Source: the human T2T-CHM13v2.0 reference genome, Homo sapiens. Taken from it: a DNA stretch of 64,000 bases. The translations under genes were made by a program, and so were the position numbers. A model generated the notes under the pieces. That model was given only the letters and a program-made list of their open reading frames with translations, did no database searches and was not told the DNA's origin. Shown here in pieces: positions 55,643-64,000 of this stretch (the first letter of the stretch is position 1; every line of letters begins with the position of its first letter). The DNA is taken from assembly GCF_009914755.1 (NCBI RefSeq), contig NC_060926.1; one strand, given 5' to 3'.

Positions 55643-57353
55643 ATAGGAGACTTTAATACTCTACCTTGAACATTACATAGATTATGCAGATCAAAAAATT
55701 AATATACTACATTTTAACGACACTATAGACTAAATGGACATAACAGACATATATAGAACATTTCATTCAATAGCAACAAAATATACATTCTTCTCAATCA
55801 CACATGGAACACTCTCTAGGATAGGTCATGTGTTAGGCCACAAAACAAAGTATTAACAAATTTGAGGAAATTGAAATCATAACAAATATATTTTCTGAAC
55901 ACAATGGTATTAAAATAAAAATCAAGAACAGAAGGAAAATTAGAAAATTTGCAGACATGTGGAAATTAATCAGTGCACTTTTGAATAACCAAGAAAGTCA
56001 CAGAAGAAATCAAAACAGAAATTTAAAAATATATCTTTATGCAAATGAAATTGAAAAAAACAACACATCAAAATTTACAGGATGCAGCAGAATCAGTTTT
56101 AAGAAAGAAGTTTATGGCAATAAATGCCTACATTAAGGGAAAAAATATCTCAAATAAACAACCTAAATTTACACCTCAAAGTACTTGAGAAAAAAAGAAT
56201 ATACCAAGCCCCAAGTTTCCAGAAGGAAGGAAATAATAAAGATTATAGCAGAAATAAATTAAATAGGGACTTAAAAAATGATAGAAAAGATCATTGAAAG
56301 TATTAATGAGTTGTTTTTCTGAAAAGGTAAACAAAATTAACAACCCTTTAGCTAGACTAATAAAAAAAGAGAGAAGACAAATAATAAAATTAAAAATGAA
56401 AGAGAAGACATTACAACTGCTATTACAGAGTTATAAAGGAACGTGAGACTACTATGAATAATTTTATGCCAACAAATTGGATATAATAGGGAAAACTGAT
56501 AAGTTCCTAGAAACATGCAACCTACCAAGACTAAATCTTGAAGAAATAGAAAATATGAACAGAACTACAATGACTAAGGAGATAGAATCAGTAATCAGAA
56601 ACCTTCCAACAAAGGAAAGCTTTAAAGCAGATGGCTTGACTAATGAATTTCACCAAACATTTAAAGAATTAATGCGAATCCTTCTCAAACTCTCCCAAAA
56701 TATTGAAGAGGAGAGACCACTTCCAAACTCATTTTACAAGGTCTGCATTACCTTGATAACTAAACTAGACAAAAACCCTACAAGAAAAGAAAATCACGGG
56801 CCAATATCTTTGATGAACACAGATGTAAAAATCCTCAACAAAATTGAACAGCATAATAAAAGCATTTTCACCATTATCAAATGGGATTTATCCCTGGGAT
56901 AAAAGGATATTCAACATTTGCAAATCAATAAATATGATTCACCACTTTAGCAGAATGAAGGAGAAAAGTCATAGGATCATCTCAATAGATGCAGCAACAT
57001 CATTTGACAAAATTCAATATCCTTTCATGATAAGAACTCTCAACAAACTAGGTACAGAAGGAATGTTCCTCAACATAATAAAGGCCATATATGTCAAGCC
57101 TCCAACTAACATTATACTCAATGTTGCTTTTCCTCCAAGATAAAGAAGTCAAGAATTACCCCCTCTTGTCACCTCTATTAAAAATAGTACCTGAAGTACT
57201 AGCAAGAGCAATCAGACAAGAAAAAAAAAAATAAAACGCATCCAAATCAGAAAGGGAGAAGTAAAACAATCTGTATTTGGATATGACATGATTCTACATG
57301 TAGAAAACCCTAAAGGTTGCAAAAAATAAAAAGATGTTAGAACTAATAAATGA

Positions 57354-57675
<322 letters not shown>

Positions 57676-58851
57676 TCAGTAAAGTTACAGGATACAAAAT
57701 CAAAGTACAAAAATCATTTGCATTTATTTACAACAGTAATGATTTATCTGAAAAAGGAATCAGGGAAACAATACCATTTATAATAGCATCAAAATAATAA
57801 ACTAGGAATAAAATTAAGCAAGAAGATAAAAGATCTCTACATTGAAAATAATAAAGCTTTGATGAAAGAAATTAAAGATGATATACATAAATGGCAAGAT
57901 ATAATGTGTTCATGGATTCAATAAATCAATATTTTAAAAATGGTCATACTACCCAAAGTCATATACAGATTCAACATAATCCTTATCAAAATTCCAATGA
58001 TATTCTTTACAAAAATAGAACAATTATAAAATTCCTGTAGAATCACAACAAAAGATCCCAAATAACCAAAGCAATCCTGAGAAAGGAAGACAAATTTGGA
58101 ACCGTCACACTCCCTGATTTCAAATTGTACCACAAAGCTGTAGTAATCAAAACAGCAAGGTACTGGCATAAAAATCAGATGCGCAGACCAATGGAACAGA
58201 ATAGAAAGCTCAAATAATCTCAACCATATTTGGTCTACTAATTTTCAATGAAGAAATAATGGGGAAAGAATTATCTCTTGAATAAATGGTGTTGAGAAAA
58301 CTAGGTATCTACTTGCAAAAGAATAAAATTAGACCCTTATGCCATTTACAAAAAGCAACACAAAATAGATTAGAGACCTAAATGTAAAACTTGAAATAAT
58401 AAGAATCTTAGAAGAAAACTTAGGAAAAACACTCATTGACATTGGTCTTGGCAATGATATTTTGACTAGGATTCTACAAGAACACAAGTAACAAAAGCAA
58501 AAATAAACAGATGGGACTACAATAAGCTAAAAAGCTTCTGTACAGCAAGAGAAACCAACAAAATGAAAAGGACCTAAAGATTTGGAGAAAGTATTTGCAA
58601 ACTGTATATCCGATAAGGGGTTAATATGCCAAATATATAAGAAATGCACACAACTAAATAGCAAAAAAAAAAAAAAAAAATTAATACCCTGATTTAAAAA
58701 CGGGCAACGGACCTGAATAGACACTTTTCTAAAAATATACAAATGTCCAATAGATATATAAAAAATGTTCAACATCACCAATCATTAGGAAAATGCAAAT
58801 CAAAACCACAATATTAATATTACCTCTCACACCTGTTACAATAGCATGTGT

Positions 58852-58941
58852 GAATATATATAATACACATATAAATGTATATGTAATATACATGTAACAT
58901 ATATTTCTAATAATATGCGTGATATATATATATATATATAT
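58852..58941. repeat. (TA)n / TA-rich low-complexity tract within L1MA
   Basis: atatatataatacacatataaatgtat...atatatatatatatatata. Confidence 0.85.
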
Positions 58942-60539
58942 TTCTAGTGTTGGCGAAAGTGTGGAAAAAAGAAAAGTGAACCATTATACATTATTACATT
59001 GTTAGTGGTAATATAAATTATTCTGACCATTATGGAAAACAGTATGGATGTTCCTCAAAAAAATTAAAAATAGACCTATCATATCCCAGCAATCCCTCTT
59101 ATATATCCAAAAGGACTGAAATTGAAGAGATATCTGCACAATCATGTTCATTACAGTACAATTCACAATACCCAAAGTTTAAAAAATCTAAGCGTCCATC
59201 TATAGATAAATGGAAAAAGACATGGCATGTATATACAATGGAATATTAGCCCTCCTTTAAAAAGAAGGAAATCCTGCCATTTGCAACACCATGAATGAAT
59301 GTGGAAGACATTATGCTACGTGAAATAAGCCCGACACAGAAAGATAAACACCGTATGATCTGACTTATATGTGGAATCTAAAATAGTCCAATTCATAGAG
59401 GCAGAATAGAATGGTGGTTACCAGGGGCTAGGGGAAGGGGATGTGGGTAGATGTTGATGTTGAGGAGCACAAAGTTTCATGTATGCAAGGTGAATATGTT
59501 CTGGAGATCCAATACACAGCATGGTAACTACAGGTAACAATACTGTACTCTCTACTTAACATTTGCTACGAGGGCAGAACCTGAATATCCTCACCATACA
59601 CACAAAAAAGGTAACTACGTAAGGTGTTGGATATACTTATTAGGTTGATTTTGTTGATTATTTAACAATATATTAGCATATCAAATCATCAAGTTTTATG
59701 CTGCAAATATAGACAATTTTTAAAAATACATTTTATTTATTTATTATTTTAAATAAAAGTATAACTAGAAAATCCCTGAGTATTAATTGATTGCCTTTTA
59801 TAAACTGAGGTGAGGTATACGCTTGGCCTGGTAAACTCTGAGAGTAGAGAAGACTGAGAGGGTCTGAACCTGAACAGGATCCCACCTTGGGGTGTGCCAG
59901 TGATAAGGTCAGAGCTGGCTACAGGTGCCACGCAGATATCTGGCCCTCTAGAGAGCAATGGGAAATCAGAGAGGGGCAGCTCGGAGGGGCCTCAGGGCCT
60001 GCGTCAGGGTAACTGGGATCTTGGGCCGGGTGGGAGGGTCACTGACGGGAATGGTGGAAGTACTTACATTCAGAGTTCCAAGGTGGCCCCCCCAGGAAGG
60101 GTCTTGTCCAGCAGGGGTGGGTGCTCCAACCTATGGGTGGCAGGAATATGCTCCATTTCAATAAGGCACCACTGAGTAGGAAAGTTCCTCAAATAGGCAG
60201 TGAGGCAGGGGTAGGGATGTCAGCACAGGGACTGAAGGTCAGTGCTGACTTACAGAAGGAAGAGAAAGGAACCAGCGTGTGCTAAGTGTATGTCGCATAT
60301 CACATTCCTGATACTGCACCAGTCTGCCTGCAAATCTTTTCCCAAGGAATCCTCACACAAGCCAGAGAGTATTACTTACAACATAGTTTGCACTTGATGT
60401 AACTGGGCTCAGAGCCCCTAGTTCATCACGAAGACTGAGTGAGATCCAAACCCTGCTTGGGCTCTAAAGTCTGTGCCCTTGCAACAGTGCTCCTGAAGTC
60501 CCCTGTGCTTGCTGGCCTGCCAGGATGGTTCTGCAACTT

Positions 60540-61120
60540 TATGAAGGAAGAGCCTACCAAGAGGGACTGGACAATGGGAGCTAGGTAGGCTCCTACCTGC
60601 CACCACAGGAATGAGAACACCAACACACAGGCAGATGACCCACAGGAGCGCCAGCCTAGAATTAGCCTTCCCCAACACAGGCTGCTGCAGCTCACATGTG
60701 CCTTGTTGGCATAAGGCAGCAGCCAGCTCCTTGGTTCACACCATCTGCCCTGTCCTCTGCTCCTTTTCCTGGTTGACAGCTGGGCCTTCAAGTCCTCCAG
60801 CCTCTACCAAGTCTTCTCATTCAGCTTCTTAGGCTCCTGGGCCACATCCATGTTTAGTTTCAGGAATAAGAGTAGAACACCCCTATTATCCAGGGTTGGA
60901 GGTGGTGACAGAGCAATGTGGCTTCCAGTTCATTGCATGGGTTCCTGATGGTCCTTGTGGTTTCTGTTTGTCTTTCCATACTGCCTGCTGAAACCCTGAT
61001 GACTGCAGGTGCAACATCAGCTGCAGGTAAACCTTAACCAGCTTCCACAATGGGATAAGAACAAGCCTCCATAATAAGTCCCTTATTTTGTATCACTCCT
61101 AGTGGTTTTGCTTCTTGGAT
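60540..61120 (+). mobile_element. MER74/MER73-like ERVL LTR
   Basis: 3' end ataataagtcccttattttgtatcactcctagtggttttgcttc resembles this family. Confidence 0.55.
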
Positions 61121-62178
61121 TTCATCTGAGAAGTTCTGTTTTCACTGTGCATCTCTGTAGATGACCAGAGGACATCAGGAATAAGAATATTTCATAGTTA
61201 CTGTAAAGATTATACACACACATACATGTATGTAAGTATCATTTATATAAGGGCCTAACTGAATGCCTAGCACAGAGTAGGTCTTCAACAAGAGTAGCTA
61301 TCACTAATTGCTTCATTACAAAGCTGGGTCAAGCTCTAGTAGCAGTTCCACATGGGCAAAAAGGCTTCATAGTTTTTGGAATCTGAATAGGAGATCAAAG
61401 ACGATCTGCATTGCAATTCCCATGATGAGGAGTTTAATTATGAACAATGGGAAGAATAATGCATGCAGACTGTTTACAGATAGCTAATGGCCTAATATGC
61501 TAAATATAGTTGCAGTTCCCTAACCAAAAGCTCGGTCTGCTCTATGGAAGCAGACTGAAAGCCCCCACTGCTGTGCAATGCGGGTGAGAACAGCTGGAAC
61601 AAATGTTCTCTTCCTTGCCACTGAATGATAAATCACACCTGTCAATGAATAAAACATTCCGTCTCAGCAATCAAGCAATGGATTTTTAAGAAGCCTTACC
61701 ATTTATCAGTTTAGCTACTGATTACCTGTGAACGGTCATTTCATCAGAGGGATAATGAATGGGAGAGCAGAGTTCCAATGTGCAATGTGAAGTGAGTTCG
61801 TAAGTTTGCCTCCAGAAACTTGATAGTATTTAAACTTGCCCCAAAGCATTAAGGAACTTATAATAGATGTAACCACCTGTCGTTGGATTTCTGATTAACA
61901 ATAACAGGTGTACTAAGCAAAAAATAGACAAATGCTGATTAAAGAAACTGAGGCCAGTTGCCCACCAGCAGCATTACCCAGAACTTTAGGATGCTGACAA
62001 AAACAAGACACGACTGTGTGCATAACAGGAGGCAAGATGAGCAGTTTTGAGTTCACACCTGAGGTCTTCTCCAAACCCTAGGCCAGCCTGGCATAATTTT
62101 GTTCATATTCCTTGTCATTTTGGTTTTGTTTTGAGAAACATGATTGTGCTCATTGCATGAGCTGCTCAATTGCTTAAC

Positions 62179-62397
62179 AAGTGATGTGCCAGTAAGTATT
62201 TAACAACTAGCTCTCTGAGAAAAAGGAGCTTATGTGCAGTGTTTTGTCAATGTATGGTCTAAATGTAATGTGGTTTAAATACTCCCACTATGGATGATTT
62301 CAAGCTGTCAATGTGATGCCCCTGCACTCAGAGTTGGGAAGAAAGGCTAGCAATCAGCTCTTATGAGTCAGTATGAGCCAACTCCAGCCCACACAGT
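62179..62397. mobile_element. MER63-like hAT DNA transposon
   Basis: agtgatgtgccagtaagtattttaacaac...ttcaagctgtcaatgtgatg...gagttgggaaga...gagccaactccagc. Confidence 0.7.
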
Positions 62398-63009
62398 GTG
62401 AACCGCCAACACACCTTGTCTGTATTGTGCCGGCTTGTGTCTTGGAAGTTGCACCTATCTCCACATTAGAAGATGAATGTCTCGGACTCCTTTCTTTTAT
62501 GAGCTTCATATTTATACTCTTCCTTCTGCCAAGAGACATTCTGCCAAGTGTCTTCCTTGCAGCAGAAATTTAGAAAACAACATCAAAAGTAATGAATCGT
62601 CTAAGACAGGAAGGTTTGAACTATAAAAACAATGATGTGCAAAACTTACCTAGGTGTTCTGCTATCAAATAAAATAATGGTTATTTTTCCCAGGCCAAAG
62701 GAAAAGAAAATTGCTGGATAACCGTTTTTCTGTGGTAAGCATTGAGGGCACCACACATCTGCCTGTTTTTCTGTTTAACAGTGTTCAGCCATTAATTTTG
62801 TACTCATGATGACCTCTTCCAAATTAGCTTAGGCCCAGCTTTCTCACCTCTAGTCTTCACTGGAAATCAACAGCAATCCAGGATTTAGAAATGTTTGACT
62901 TTCACCTTTATTGATGAATGCTCTAAGTTAGTGTTCTAAATTACCCCCATCCTGGAGTTGGTATTTTGAGATAGGAATAAGGTACAAGATGCAGTAACTG
63001 AAGAAGTAG

Positions 63010-63130
63010 TAAAGCACAGTAGTCAACAGTGCAGACTGCACAATCAGAGTTGAGCAAGAATACTGGACTCATTGTGAATCTGTTCTTGGACAATTACCTC
63101 CTCAGTTTTCTCATCTATGAAATGGAGGTA
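63010..63130 (+). mobile_element. MIR fragment
   Basis: cctcagttttctcatctatgaaatggag. Confidence 0.6.
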
Positions 63131-63249
63131 AGTTAGTAGCTGCATGTAGCAGGTGACATCTGTGTGCTGACCTGACAGACATTCCCAACTCCTCTTCTCT
63201 CTTGTTGCAATTCACCCCACTGTACTCTACCATCTGAGAAAATTAAATG

Positions 63250-63560
63250 CATATTTTGCCAAAACTCTTTGCTAAAAAAGGATAACCCTATAACACAATT
63301 GTGGCCGTATCGTAGGAATGAAAGATTTCTGGTCTCTTCTGAGAAATATTTTACTTTGTCTGATAACAGGGACACATGTAGCTGGCAACAACTCTTCCTT
63401 TTTGGATGTAAATGTGATGTCTGGGAAAGCAATAGTAGCCATTTGGTGACCATGGGGTAAGAGGCCCATGGAAAAGGCCATAAGAATCACAGAGAGCCAT
63501 AAAATCACTGCCAGGGAGACTCTCTCCAGATTTCCTGCGATACAGGATGAACACATTGCC
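63250..63560 (+). mobile_element. Old MLT1-type LTR fragment
   Basis: taacacaattgtggcc...gatgtctgggaaagcaatagtagccatttggtgaccatgggg. Confidence 0.5.
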
Positions 63561-63599
63561 TGACAAATAGAAAGGATGGCAATTTTACATGTTTATGAG

Positions 63600-64000
63600 T
63601 CACTATTCAGTCTGTCATTACTATTTATTACTGTACAGGATTCGTGCCTTCTGCTGTATCGCTCACAGCATGTAGGGCACTGGACTGAGGGCAGCAAGTC
63701 TGCTGTATAGAGGCTTACCATTTGATGCCACAATCCATGCCTTGGAAGAGCTTCTAAGTTTAATAAGGAAACAGATACATGCATGCACAACAATCTGAAG
63801 GCATTTAAAGGCAGTGGTTAACTATATGACCACGTGTTTCAGAGAGGTACTATAGGATTTCTGAAAGAGATCCATGTGGTTGGAATGGTCCAGGGAGACT
63901 TCATGGGGAGGCCTGTCTTAAGACAGGCCCTGAGGGGCAGTGATGAAGTGGGATGTAGGCAATGAAAGCACATACTAACTGGGAATCCCCTGTAGAAATG
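63600..64000 (-). mobile_element. L2 fragment
   Basis: tcactattcag...tatttatt...ggtccagggagacttcatggggagg. Confidence 0.5.

Noticed and set aside
56477-57143. 141-aa and 99-aa ORFs resembling reverse-transcriptase-containing protein
   Set aside because: Fragments of a disabled L1MA ORF2, not a functional gene.

Overview
Repeat-dense primate genomic DNA, almost certainly human because it carries an AluYa5 with all the subfamily diagnostic bases. It reads as intergenic or intronic. I cannot support any intact protein-coding gene, tRNA, rRNA or CRISPR array. The listed ORFs are fragments of Alu, L1 and LTR elements, simple repeats or chance ORFs. The window holds nested L1M/L1PA elements, about nine Alus with target-site duplications (TSDs), MaLR/ERVL LTRs including a two-LTR MST-type element, a near full-length L1MA (52.7-59.7 kb), MIR/L2 relics and hAT DNA transposons. 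Less ordinary features: (1) three short locally copied segments between 9 and 25 kb, two inverted and one direct; one inverted pair has a near-identical core and more diverged edges, which suggests gene conversion or an invertible 1.3 kb segment. (2) An isolated ~1 kb beta-satellite-like array with ~72-78 bp monomers. (3) A 1.7 kb CACC/CTAGA tandem repeat with 139-140 bp higher-order units. (4) Several repeat-free islands rich in homeodomain motifs that look like developmental enhancers. I found no convincing new gene system. Subfamily names and percent identities are by-eye estimates and need RepeatMasker/Dfam and alignment confirmation.
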